From positions 310,001-374,000 of the forward strand of contig NC_134036.1 of NCBI RefSeq assembly GCF_964204645.1: a stretch of DNA of 64,000 nucleotides, read 5' to 3'. The DNA is from Tubulanus polymorphus (lineage: Eukaryota; Animalia; Nemertea). Both the position numbers and the translations under genes were made by a program. How positions within the stretch are numbered: position 1 is the first letter of the stretch; every line of letters begins with the position of its first letter. This document shows positions 22,854-35,711 of this stretch, in pieces. The notes under the pieces are model-generated. The model was given only the letters and a program-made list of their open reading frames with translations. It was not told the DNA's origin and searched no databases.

Positions 22854-24948
22854 TTATTGATTATTGATGAGTTCAGGCTGCTGATCTTCTGCCGCGATAT
22901 CGTTGGAAGTGTTGTTGTTATCTTGTTCCGCGTCGAGTTCGTCACTGAGCTGCTGACTACTAGAGGGAGCCACTGGTTCGTCATCAGTAGTGAGATCGTC
23001 GTCATGTGAATCAGATTCTCCTCCGTTGTGAGGCTCGTCGCTAGTAACGCGAGGCTCGTCGTGAGGCTCAACGCTAGGTTCCTCGTGAGGCTCGTCGCTA
23101 GGTTCCCCGTGAGGCTCGTCGCTAGGTTCCTCGCGAGGCTGCTGTTTCGGAGGTCGCCCTCTTTTACGTTTCAACTCGGGCGATTTCTTCGCGACTTTGA
23201 CATCGCTTTCGGCGCCATCTATCTGCGCTATCGAATATTTACGAGGCCGTCCTCTACCTCGTTTAACCTTCTGATCCTCACCGTCCATCGGCGTCCCCGC
23301 GACCTCGACTCGAGGTTTACGAGGTCGACCTCTCTTTTTCTTCGGCGTTTTTCGAGGCGATCTTTCGTAATCGCTGCACTCGTCCGACTCGGATACGGTT
23401 GATTGGTTACTAAATGACTTGGATACCAGTTTGGAAAGCTCTATATCTATAGGTATCGCCTCCGTATCGCTATAAACAGCAATCTCTTCATCCATCCCCT
23501 CATCAGTTTCATCTTCAGTTTTATTCTCGTTGTTTGACGATGTCGAGTTTTCACTGGATTCCGGTTTTAAATTCAGTATGATGTCGGCGCTTGTGTTCAT
23601 TACGTTCAGTAACGACGTCTCGTCGCTCGAGTCCACCGGAACTATCTTCATATCGGTCTCTTCACTCTCCTCCTCGCCGCTGCTGCTTTCCTCATCACTC
23701 ACATCGTCGTCATTTTCTACGTAAGATGTATTCAGATCGCTACAGCGTCGTGGCAATCGTCGGTCTGTATTTCTGCCGGTAGATGGCGCCGGTATTTTTC
23801 TAGGTCGTCCTGGCTGGCGGTGGTGCCTATGTTTTCTCAATATGTCGCATTGATACGTGTGATATCCGGATCCACGTGGATCGAAGTGTTTCCACTTTTT
23901 ACCGGCAAATTTTATGATCAATTTCATTTTGCGTATTTTATGATATTCACCTTCATTAATCCGCGTCTGCTCTTCTCCCACTTCCTTCTTGCGATATTTC
24001 TTCGGCCGTCCAAGTTTCTTTTTTCCGTTGGTTACGATCTTCGGAGGACGTCCACGTTTTCTGATTGTTACCTCTTCGTCGCTCGTCATTCGTTCCATAT
24101 TTTCGTGTTTTATTTTCGGCGGGCGTCCGCGCGGTTTCTTCGCTATTTCACCGTTTCCAGGTTTTTCCTCGACCCCTGCGGGTGCTGGTTTTTCCTCGAC
24201 CCCCGACCCTGTTGATGCGACTATTTTTCGAGGGCGGCCTCGCGGTTTTTTCCCTATTTCACCATTTCCAGGTTTTTCCTCGACCCCTGACAGTGCTGCT
24301 TTTTCCTCAACCCCCATCACTGTTGGTACTACTATTTTTCGAGGGCGACCTCGCGGTTTCTTCACTATTTCACCATTTCCCGGTTTTTCCTCGACCCCTG
24401 CCGCCGGTGGTGTATCCTCGACCCCTGACAGTGCTGCTTTTTCCTCGACCCCCATCACTAATGGTACTACTATTTTTCGAGGGCGACCTCGTGATTTTTT
24501 CAGTTTCACATCCGTACCGTCGCCGTCAATTTGCGGATTCAGTATCCTACCGGTTCTAATTGTTGAATCGTTTAAAATGAACTCATTTTCGACGTCGTAG
24601 AAACATTCCTCGACAGCGCCCCCTACAACGACTACTTCAGGCTGTTTTTTCGGGCGGCCTCGTTTTGGTTTAGAGACGGCGGCCTCGTTGTCAATTACTT
24701 TGCAAGGTCTACCCCGTTTTTTCTTCACGGTGGCGCCATCTGTATCGACAGATGCTGTCTCGTTTTTTTGTTCCGGTTCTGTAACGATAAAACAGGGATT
24801 ATTGGTTGAGATTTCCTCTACTAGGGGTCTCTCACTTGCCATTACTGTTCCCCTGCTGGTCCCTCCTCCAGCTGCCCTCCTCAGACCTACCTGAAATCGC
24901 ATCAATAGTTTGAAGATCCTGTATTACTGTCTCCACTTTATCAGCCAT
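22854..24948 (-). CDS. Multi-AT-hook chromatin protein (~660 aa, HMGA/D1-like), 2 coding exons (24948-24891, 24778-22854)
   Basis: Acceptor at 24953-24952, then GCG-ATG-G MADKVETVIQDLQTIDAIS. A GTAGGT donor and a tgttttatcgttacag acceptor join in phase 1 to EPEQKNE. The ORF has 12 GRP motifs in K/R context, acidic blocks and an acidic C-terminus. Confidence 0.85.
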
Positions 24949-25559
24949 CGCCTGAAAATGACAAGAAAATAAAATATAGTTTCAAACAACATTAAACACC
25001 GCGCAGGTCTTCCTAGTTACCGAGATGACACAATTTACAGAGATGAACAGACATGAAGTAAAGCATTTTCGTTAATTTCTTAACCGTTTTAACAGTGAGA
25101 TTCAGGAGAGAGGAACTGTAATCTGTAATTAGGATACTGAACAACGCAGTTTGGCACATTCACCCTCTCACAACGACTCGTCACAATAAATAGATCATTA
25201 TTGTCGATGATAGTAGTGAATGAATAAACCAATATCAATGATCAACCTCAGTGGCCAGCATCCCTGTGGTCTGTGGACCCTAAAACCCCCTAACTAAAGG
25301 TCGGTGGGGACATAGGCATAGGCATATTATACGAGCTAATTTTTTCGTAATTTCGACTTTTTGTGTGGAATTTCGACATAATTTTCGCCGAAATTATGTC
25401 GTATGTCACTAAGGGGCTTCCGTACCCTAAAGACGCGGGAACGGTACACCCCGGCCTCCTCTCCTCGGAGTCATTTCGCTTAATCTTTCTTTCTTCTTCG
25501 ATTGTGACAGAGACCCCGGTGATGATTGGAAACCGATCCCGATTTCATATTCACCTGTT

Positions 25560-25800
25560 TTTTATACTCGAAATGAGTCTTTTTCCTCTCGTTTTACCGG
25601 GGCTTATACACTGCGCGCGCGCGTTCACAAATATCAAAATTCGGCTTACAATCGGCTAACAAAAAAGCCCATTGATTGATCACTTTTATTAAGTATGGCG
25701 GAAGCGGAATGTGAACCGGACAACGCGTCCGGTTCAGGTTACAGTTCGTATCGAGTTACGCGCGCGCGTTGTTTGAAGGTCGTCGAGCGGAGAACTGTCA
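25560..25800. promoter_or_regulatory. Probable bidirectional CpG-rich promoter between the AT-hook gene and GLUT
   Basis: Lies between divergent genes; contains gcgcgcgcg runs, atggcggaagcggaa (YY1/ETS-like) and a TATAAG on the minus strand near 25605. Confidence 0.4.
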
Positions 25801-26538
25801 AATGGCCCAGTTGTCAAAATACGGTCACATCACGATAATCGATGTACATCGACGATACAATAAGATTCATATTGAAACTAACCCTTTCCTTTTTGTCCTA
25901 TATTGATATTACCCACTTATTGCCCTACCAATTCTTTTGTCGCCATATTTTGCGCCTGTAGAATGTTGGAACAAGAAGAGAGTCGGAACTTCATCCACCA
26001 AGCCCCAGAAGTTGAAAAGGCAAAAAGCAGCTTTGACTTAAACGCCCGCTATTCTATACCATAGATTTATGTAGGCCTATACGTGAATATCAAATGATAC
26101 ATCACATCATGGGCTCTAACATGTTTTAAATAAAAGCTGTACTACTTGAACTTGATATCACACTTATCAGTTCTCAATCTCTTACATAAACAAGTGACAA
26201 ATCATGTGATAACTTGTAGCAATTCATTAAGTGTTTACCACTGATTGTACTGTAATGATATCTATAGCTATCCATGTAAATATATTCAATACTCAAGGTT
26301 GGGCTTGGATGTTGATCTAGATTATATCGGTACTCACGAGATCATTCATAAACTATACTCAGATCCTGGTAAATACTAAATGTCTAATAGAGATCTTAAT
26401 TTGCGACTATCTGGATTAGGGTCGATTCATAGTTGAAATCATACTTTGTTTTTGTTGTGTTTTTGACAGGAATTGATTTCAAGAAATTGTGGTATTTTTT
26501 CTAATGAATTCTGATTCTTCGAGGAATTGAACTTCGAA

Positions 26539-29500
26539 ATGACGTCTGCAAGCGAGGAAAGACTGACTCCGAAAAAACCGGTAATATTTACAATTAATTA
26601 ATCGCCCGTTATAAGAAAAAAAACGATTCATCAAATTCAGTAATCGTTGTTGGTAAGCTTTTATAACTGGTTTGTGAAAATATCCGATCGCGAAACTAAA
26701 CCACAGACAGGTTACTGATTGTCAATTTAGTTGCTTATGTTTAACACTTTGAGAGCCGCTATTTATCTTTGATTGTTTAGGGTTTGACGGGGATGCTGGT
26801 TTTGTCAATATTTGGCGCTATTTGGGGTGCGTTTGAATTCGGTTTCAACACGGGTGTCATCAACGCTCCTGAGAAAGTGAGTTGAACATGATTTTTCCGA
26901 TAGAAGAATTCTGCGCTGTGATTTGGAATTTCTGACACTATATTCTGTTACATTACCAGGTAATAACAGTATTTCTGAATGAAACTCAATACGCTCGGAC
27001 TGGCGCTCCATTCACTCAATCACAAATTACTATCGTATGGTCGATTGTGGTGAGTGCTTTCGCCGTAGGAGGGATGTTTGGAGGAGTGTCCGCCGGATGG
27101 TGGGGTGACAGATTTGGAAGGTAAGTTAACCGTCCCTTGAGACAGTGACTGTGTCGATAATGTAGTCTAGAAATGTCCTTGTTCAGGATCCAGTTCCAAT
27201 AGCTTCAATAAGTCTCGTCTGGTTACATACAGAATTGTAAATTCAGTTACTGGTAAGAATCAACTGATATAATGTTTAGGTAGGAGATATTTATGGAAGT
27301 ATTCATAACATTTAACATTTAGAAACATACAAGAGGCTTATTATGAAGAATAAATGTTGACAACATAGAAGTGGGTCATGATAACTGTGGAACTGTGATC
27401 ACTTTGCAGAACTGGGTTGTGATCAATGTGGAACTGTGATCACTGTGTGGAACTGGGTTGTGATCAATGTGTGGAACTGTGATCACTGTGTGGAACTGGG
27501 TTGTGATCAATGTGTGGAACTGTGATCACTGTGTGGAACTGAGTTGTGATCAATGTGTTGAACTGTGATCACTGTGTGGAACTGGGTTGTGATCAATGTG
27601 TGGAACTGTGATCACTGTGTGGAACTGGGTTGTGATCAATGTGTGGAACTGTGATCACTGTGTGGAACTGAGTTGCGATCACTGTATCGTTATCTATTTC
27701 AGAAAGAAGGCGATGTTAATCTGTAATGTATTCTGTATAACGGCTGCTCTGTTGATGGGTCTTTCAAAAAAAGCAGGATCTTTCGAAATGTTGATCATCG
27801 GACGTTTGATCATCGGTTTCGGAAGCGGTGAGTGCTCTTTCTATTTCATTGAGAAATCTGAAATACTGATGAGTTTTAGATAATGATTGATCTAGCGATG
27901 AATTATTTCAGGTATTTATACCGGTTTAACTCCGCTGTATCTGACCGAGGTTGCGCCGGTGAAGTTACGCGGCGCTCTGGGAACCGTTAACCAGCTCGGA
28001 GTTACGATAGCGTTGCTTGTATCACAAGTATTAGGTATTGAGAACGTCCTCGGAACCGCCACCGGCTGGCCGATATTACTAGGTATTTGTGCATTGATTT
28101 CTACCGCGAAAAGTGAAGCGAACAAGTCGAAAACGATTCAATATCTCGCCGGTTCTGTTGCGGTTATTTTCAGGTTTAGCCGGAGTTCCTTGTCTGATAC
28201 AGTTGATAGTTTTACCGTTTTGTCCTGAGAGTCCGCGTTATCTGATCATAACGAGAGGTTTAGACGACGAAGGGAGGCAAGGTATCGGTCACAATTCAAT
28301 GCCATTTATAATATGTCAGAATTCAGTGCCATTTAAAATATGTTGGAATTCTGTGCCATTTAAAATATGTCAGAATTCAATGCCATTTAAAATGTGTCAG
28401 AATTCAACTTAAACCGAAACCGAATCCAACTTATGAAAATATACCGGGATCTTTTGTTAGTTATAACTGGATCTTTTGTTAGTTATAACTGGATCTTTTG
28501 TTAGTTATAACTGGATCTTTTTTTGAAATCTTATTTTTACGAAACGTTGAATTGATTTTCTATTTTCAGCGTTAGTAAAACTACGAGGAAGTCTCGACGT
28601 TCAAGAGGAAGTCGACGAAATGAAAAAAGAAGCGGAAATTCAACGAAGCGAACCTAAAGTAAAACTTCATCGTTTCCATCCGTCTCGAGACTCTGCAACT
28701 CGCGTTATAAGTTTATTATTATTTCTAGGTTTCAGTTTTGTCGTTGTTTAAGTCGTCTGCTCTTCGCACGCCGCTCGTTATCAGTATCGTCATGCATTTA
28801 TCGCAACAATTATCCGGTATCAACGCTGTAAGTATCAACAGTCGTTCTACCTGCAGACGCTGTATCGGCTGAGAGCTGTTTAGCAGGTGGCGCCACTGAC
28901 CTCCAAGAAAACTCAGGGAATCGGAAAAATCTAGAAAAAAATCAGGGGATTCGACAAATTTTACCAAAAACCTGGAAAAATTAATAAATTGTAACATTGT
29001 AAACCTAGAAATATTTCTTATTCATTCAGGGGAATCACATGGAAAACCTCTGGGAATTTGTAAATGAGCGGAAAGTGGCCGCCCTGTTCAGCTTAACAGC
29101 TATCAGCTCTTAAACCCATCTTTCTTTAGTTTATTCAGTTCTATTTAGGATTAGTATTTGTTTGTATCTGCACACAACATACACATGTTTATATCATCAA
29201 TCAATTAATGTCGACAGTTTAATGAGAATGATAATTAATACTGTCACAGTTAATCACACGACTGTGGTTTTGTATCCGTAGGTTTTTTACTATTCGCAAA
29301 GTATATTTGAAAGCGCCGGTCTCTCGCCTACGAACGCCGGATACGCAACAATCGGTGTCGGGTGTATAATGGTCGTTATGACGATAGTATCGATACCGTT
29401 AATGGACCGAGCGGGCAGACGCACGCTACATTTAACCGGTCTTTCCGGAATGTTTATATTCAGTATCGTCATGACGTTAATGCTGGCTCTAAAGGTACGG

Positions 29501-30376
29501 TTCTATTATTGATGATGTCATAGGTCGGTTGTCATGGAGACATCGATGATGTCATTGGGTGATTGTAATGGAGGCAGCCATTTCACCAATTTGTGTGATA
29601 TATTTCAGGGTTATGTGGAATGGTTTAAGATTGCTAGTGTTGTAGCTGCGTTGTGTTACGTCGTGTTCTTCGCGTTGGGCCCGGGCTCGATACCGTGGAT
29701 GATAGTAGCAGAGTTATTCTCTCAAGGCCCGCGGGCTGCGGCTATAAGTATCGGAGTACTGGTCAACTGGTTGTCTAACTTCATCGTCGGTTTGAGTTTT
29801 AAACCGCTTAAAGAGGTATCAAAAATCAAATTTTCAGTTGTCACATTTACTGAAGTCATCTCTATTTTTGAGTCTCAATTTGTTTTTCTAATTCAATTTA
29901 CTAAGTGAAAGTCACTAAATAAGTCATCATTTGGATAAGTCAATTAACATTATGCTTAGCCCAAATACCAAATTTTGTTACAGTCCCCTGAGGAACAATG
30001 GCTAGATATTGGACTACAATATAACGATCATGGTCACAATGATTGATCTTTATCAGATTAAATCTGATTTTGAACTGTGTCTCTATTTCAGGATGTTCTT
30101 CACGATTACTGCTTCATTCCGTTCAGCGTTTTGTTGCTGATTTTCGGCGTGTTCATTTATTTCAAACTTCCCGAAACGAAGAATCGAACCATCGAAGAAA
30201 TCACCGATTTATTCCGCAAGAATTCGCGCCGAGCGTCGTCGAGGTCGTCGTCGGGGGTAATGCCCGTTTCATATAAATCTAAATCGAGTGATAATATCCA
30301 GGAAGAACAAGTTAAAATCCAGGAACCCGACGATGAACTTTATCAGTTCCAGGAAAGCGGGGAACAAAACAAATAA
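26539..30376 (+). CDS. Class I facilitative glucose transporter (SLC2A1/GLUT1-like), 11 coding exons
   Basis: Exons ~26539-26580, 26781-26876, 26960-27120, 27703-27828, 27912-28082, 28174-28281, 28570-28658, 28729-28827, 29282-29494, 29609-29816, 30092-30376. Motifs [66 protein letters not shown]. Confidence 0.93.
27383..27684. repeat. Intronic ~42-bp dimeric minisatellite (tgtggaactgtgatcactg / tgtggaactgggttgtgatcaa)
   Basis: About 7 tandem units ending just before the acceptor at 27702. Confidence 0.9.
28885..29087. mobile_element. Dispersed non-autonomous repeat (ggtggc...cagggaa...gtggccgccctg); related copies at ~33780-33920, 41645-42030, 50310-50520, 52608-52865
   Basis: Shared blocks caaattttaccaaaaacctg, gtaacatt..aaac.tagaaat and cagggaa repeats, with gtggc..ccctg termini. 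Confidence 0.6.
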
Positions 30377-30667
30377 GATTCAAAATTCTTTTATATATTT
30401 TTACGCGTAGCAATAATTTAAACGTCACTTGATTGTTGCGTCTTAAATGAAGATATTTACAATTCCAGAAATTGATCTCTAAAATGTTTCGAAAATGATT
30501 TAAAATTCATTCTGTCCTGTTGTTTAAGATTTATTGTAAAGAAATTAATTAATTGGTGCTGCTGAAGATGTTATTTTGTACTGGAGAAACTTTTAAGATG
30601 AAATAAAAGATGTTTACATTCAGATATTGAAATTTTGGTTTTTAGTTCATTATTTGTTTATCATCTG

Positions 30668-30794
30668 GGGCCAGTTGCTCAAAAGTTGGTTAGATTTAAC
30701 CAGTGGATAGTTGACATAGTGACAATCAAAAGCTCATTGTTACTATGGTATTTATCCGCTGGTTATCTTTAACCAACTTTTGAGCAACTGGCCC
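30668..30794. mobile_element. Palindromic MITE family B (gggccagttgctcaaaag...cttttgagcaactggccc), CTG TSD; copies at 34704-34828, 57882-58003, 59165-59295 and fragments at 47460-47505, 50785-50885, 51177-51223, 58021-58157
   Basis: Long inverted repeats, CTG/CAG on both flanks, and several near-identical copies. Confidence 0.85.
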
Positions 30795-32533
30795 CTGGAG
30801 GATAGGTCAGAAGGGAAGGAGCCAAATCAACGGAATATTTGTTTATCATCTGGAGGATCAGTTGAAAGGGACCCAATCAACACATTATCCTACCTGGATC
30901 TCCCCATCATCTCACTGTCTTGGGTTGCATATCTATCTAAAATAGCTCCGTCCTGGGTCGGATATCGATCTGAAATAGCTCTGTCCTGGGTCGGATATCG
31001 ATCTGAAATAGCCCTGTCCTGGGTCAAATATCCTTACATCCTAGAATTTTTGAAAATGTACGAAAAATTAAATAATATCGAGAGAAGGATTTACAATGTA
31101 TACGTTTTCGTTTATTATACATTTGTATAGTTTTTCAATTGTTTTATAACATTTTAATATTTACAAAATACACAAAATCAGTGGACAGTGAAAAACACAA
31201 TCAGTTTTTTTTTTTTTTATAATGTCTATATTATATAATATGCAAGCGGTCTAACAATATCCATATTTCACTTTTTGTAAGATATGATCCCCAATAAATA
31301 CTACGCGTCTAAAGTTTTCTTTTTTTAATTCTTTCGAGAAATGAATTGTTTTACTCCGGTAAAAGCGACTAGCAAACATAACAAAACAATTAGAAAATCA
31401 TTCTTCTTCATTATTACAATCGGTACAGACTCAGAACCCGGCGGTCTGAAGTCGTCAAAGTGTTGCGGCGATCATTACAACTGATACAAATGATGACTTA
31501 CACTTTTAGAGTTGAAGAAATGCAAATTGGGACTCAAAATTTTACACATCAATAGATGACTTAATGACTTATGTGATATCTAATCCAAATGACAACTTAT
31601 ACTTAGTGTGTATTTTATATCATTGAATTGGAAATACACAAACTGAGATCTCAAAATAAGAGACCACTTCAGTAATGTGACAATTTAAATCCTAATGACG
31701 ACTTAGACCGAGTGACTGTATTTCATTTATATATTACTCACTTTCTAATCACTTAGATTTAAACTCAACGAAATGATTTTGAATTCTTCAAATTTTAAAT
31801 TCAATAGTGAAAAGCAGTTACTACAATAGTCAACTAAAATACATTATAGAAAACAAATTACTATACAATCGCCCATTACAAACACGGGTTTCAAGATTTC
31901 TTGTTATATCGTAAACTTTGTAACACCGAGTTGAAGCGGAGACAATTCTTTTTATATCATCAGAATATAACATAACTCCACAGTAGACCCTATCTCTCTT
32001 AATGCGGTGTTATTTGAGACTGGTAAAATCCTTAAAATCGCACCAAAACTTTGACAAATAACGGTAGACACTTTATTACTATTAAGGGCGGGGGAGAGGT
32101 GTCTTTCGTAGTAGTTCGAGGAGAGGGCTAGATATGAATAACGGTTTATTTCTAATGAGCATTGTCCATTCACTCTAAAGCAACAGAAACTGAAACACTG
32201 AAGCTGAGTGTATTTTTCACAGTATTGAATGCATAGAGTGGTTCAGGGTTCAGGGTTCAGGATTCAGGATTTCAGTCAGCACCAAAGCAGTGAAAATCAT
32301 TACAAAATTTACTTTACGCGCAAAAGTACAAAATAAAGGTATTACTACAGCGACTTTTAGTAGCACTCGACTGAGTATAGATGGCGAATGAATCGCCGAA
32401 ACTGGTAGAAATGTGTCGCCCTCTAGCGGCAGCGGACGCGCACACACTCTCTCTCTCAGTCTGCGCCCCTGTTTCATTGGAAGATATTTTCAGTAGTCGG
32501 ATATTTTCGAGTATTTCGCGAGCGAGGGGAAGT

Positions 32534-35357
32534 TTAAGCGTGCGATTCGCCGTTGACGAGACCGACTCGTTTCTGTCGCCCTGGAAACCGAGTAAAACAT
32601 TCGATCATTAGTTACAACTAATCGACGCAACAATAGAAGCGCGGTTACCATAGGTGATTTGATATTTACCTTCTGTATCGCGATTATTCTGTAAATGTTC
32701 GTTAACTTGAACTCGAGCGTTCATCGTCGCCAGGTCGATAGCCGCAGTCAAAATCTTCGAATTCGCTAAAATCAGTTGCGTTAGTCGCGTTTCAACTTTT
32801 ACTCCCAAAACTTTCTGCCGCTAGAAAAAAACAAATTCAACAATATAGCGGCAAAGCAGCGATAACGGGTTTTCTGCACAGCCTTTTTTGTATTGTTGAT
32901 CTTGTGTGGATACAGCGTCGACCACGAATAAAGACTGTGTTGAAAATCCGATAACCCTAAATATTGAACCGTCCGATAAAATGATGTTGTTGCCACGGTA
33001 ACTGATTAACGTACCTGATTTGTAGCGCGGAATTCCGTAATATTCTTGTTCTCGTTGATGGCTTCCATCATTAAAACGAGACATTCTCCGGTGATGAAAT
33101 TACTCTCGATATTCACAACTTCTAACGACTCGTTCTCTTTAATCGCTTCGGCTAATTTCTGTAAATATACAAATCGTTAAATTGAAATGATACCATGTTT
33201 CTCCTAATCAACCGAGTCACTCTTATAAACCGCAATGAAATTTTATGATCAATTCATTTCTTTAACTTCTGTTATTGTTAGCTTGATAGTGATTTCAAAA
33301 AGAAGTAATGACCAACAGGTTGTAGATAGGCGGCCGGCCGAGTTTACTTATAAACTCAGCACAAACAAGAAATGATTTATCAATTTTCTTTAGCCTAACG
33401 ATGCAATCATTAACTAGTTAATCAACTGATTATAACTGTAGACTCGGTTTCATAGTTCAGTTTTGAGGCCGGTTCCACATTTGTCTAGTAGGGGGCGTCG
33501 GAATGTACCTTGACATGTTTATCAGAACCTTGAATGTTCGCCATTGAAAACGTTCGCAGGTGTTTGTTTTTCTTCATTGCGTCGAATAAATTAAAAAGTC
33601 TCTCATCCGAAATATTCTAGAAAAATAAACGATGCAAGTATGAATTATTCCCCCTATGACATCACGCTGGAGCTCAGACAGGATGCCCAATTTACGCCCA
33701 TTTATAAATCCCCTGATTTTTTCCATCTGACACAAATTCCCTGAATGAAGAAATTTTTAGGTTTAAAATGTTACTTTTCATCCATTTCTCATTGAATCAC
33801 GTATCGATAAAGAAAGGCATGGTCGAAACATATCCAAAACATTTTCCAGGTTTTTGGTAAAATTTGCCAAATTCCATTAGATTTTTCAGATTCACTGAGT
33901 TCCAGGTTAGTGGCCACTTTGTCAGAAGAAACCGCGAAAAGAACCAACATAATTATCGTAATATTCACCTTTAAATTGTTGAGGTTCAGATCCGTAAGTT
34001 TACTGTCGTTGCCTTTCAATTTCTGAATACTGGCTTCGACATCGGTATCATTCGGAGGTTCATCGGGTACGATCTTCAACGCGTCGTACTTAGCAACACC
34101 TATCAATCATAGAAATTTACATATTAAGCCACACCTCTAATGAACGCGTAATCGAAAGGATATGATGTAGACTTACTTTGGAAACCGCCGCCAGTTTGAG
34201 TTCCGCCCTCGACGAACGCGCTGTGATACTGAACCTGATTCAACATTCCAGTAAACTCCAATATAGCTACAACACAAAAATACCATAACATTTCCTAATT
34301 AATTCTAATTTATTAATCAATGTTAATTTATTAATTATTTCCCAATATTAATTACCGGCTAAATCGACGAGTTCTTCTTCTGTCGCTTGAGCGAGAATCT
34401 CGTCGTACTCTGTTTCAATTTCGGTGTCGTCTGATATTGTAGATTTCGGTTGCTCCTTCTTCACAAATACTTTACCTACAAACAAAGCGATCGTTCATAA
34501 ATACATAAATTTAGATGCAGCCTCCGGGAGAGTTGCATAAACGAGGCTATGATCTAAAACCAGTCTTGGCTCATCTCGGTTCTAACATCAAGCTAATTAC
34601 TTAAAACAGTATTTTTTGGAAGAAGTTATATGAGTCCAGTTGCACAATTAAAAAATTGCCTTGAATCTTAAGATTGATCTCAACTTGTAAGATTCACAAT
34701 CAGGGGCCAGTTGCTAAAAAGTTGGTTCGAGTTAACCAGTGGATAGTTGACAGAGTGACAATTAAAAGTTTATTGTTACTATGGTATCTATCCACTGGTT
34801 ATCGAGCAACCTTTTGAGCAACTGAACCCTGGTTGTGAGTTTTGGTGTGAAGTTGAAGGTGAAGTTGAGGTATAGAACTGGTCTTTAATCTAGAATTATG
34901 GACTAGCATGGAGCCAGTTCCTAAGTCATGGCTTTGACTTAAGACCAGTCTAAGACCAATAGTTCTATAGCCGATCTAACAACGACTTAAGATCACTTTC
35001 CGACGACTATGAAACCTGGCTCTGAAACTAAAATGCTCTTGAATCTAACCCCATGGAATTACAGATACAATATTTACCTCTAACTTCATGAACAAATGGT
35101 TTATTTTGTTCCCAATCTTTCTCTTCTAATGCTTTCTTCTCGAGAAACTCAAGTAGTTTTTCTCGATCGTACGGTCCGGTCGGTTCTTTAGTTGTTTGCG
35201 GTTTCATACGGTCGCTAGGTGGCAGGTACGTATTGTCGGGGTCGAAGTCGCTGTTTAACTCATCGATCTCGGCCTCGGTTAATTGACTCAATAATTCATC
35301 GATATCAACGTCCGACCATTCCTTCGTGTCTTTCCCGTACAGTTTCTGAGTCGTCAT
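32534..35357 (-). CDS. TMOD: Tropomodulin, 8 coding exons
   Basis: MTTQKLYGKD...DIDELLSQLTEAEIDEL...DPDN..LPPSDR...QTTKEPTGPYDREKLLEFL; ATEEELVDLA; PNDTDVE..LNLNN; VNIESNFITG; NQRQKVLG.KVE. Last exon 32580-32534 GRQKRVGLVNGESHA*. A non-coding first exon is likely near 37668-37790. Confidence 0.93.
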
Positions 35358-35548
35358 TTTTACTCTGAAAACACAAAAATCACGGATTAGCAACAAATAA
35401 TTGACGTTCATAAAATCACTTAACATTCCACAGATTCCTCGAGATATGAAAAATGTGAAGTTATGATTTACGGATCACCATGACCTAATTACAGTTGAAT
35501 TTGACTGTTTATGGATATTCAATGATGCGTCTTATGAACTTATCCTCA

Positions 35549-35711
35549 ACTGTGGAACTAGTTCCTGATCTCCGAAGTGGAACTAGCTCTGATCTCCACT
35601 GTGGAATTAGTACCTGATCTCCACTGTGGAACTAGCTCCTGATCTCCGCTGTGGAACTAGCTCCTGATCTCCACTGTGGAACTAGCTCCTGATCTCCACT
35701 GTGGAACTAGG
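35549..35711. repeat. 23-bp minisatellite (ctgtggaactagctcctgatctcca-like), ~7 copies
   Basis: Tandem copies in the TMOD 5' intron; the core resembles the MITE-A terminus. Confidence 0.8.

Noticed and set aside
23028-24894. Antisense ORFs over the AT-hook exon
   Set aside because: Shadow frames of a repetitive coding sequence.
24832-24948. Frameshift or constitutive overlapping uORF at the AT-hook gene start; ORF-track start at 24905
   Set aside because: A canonical GT-AG intron (24890-24779) joins ATG 24948 in frame to the long exon.
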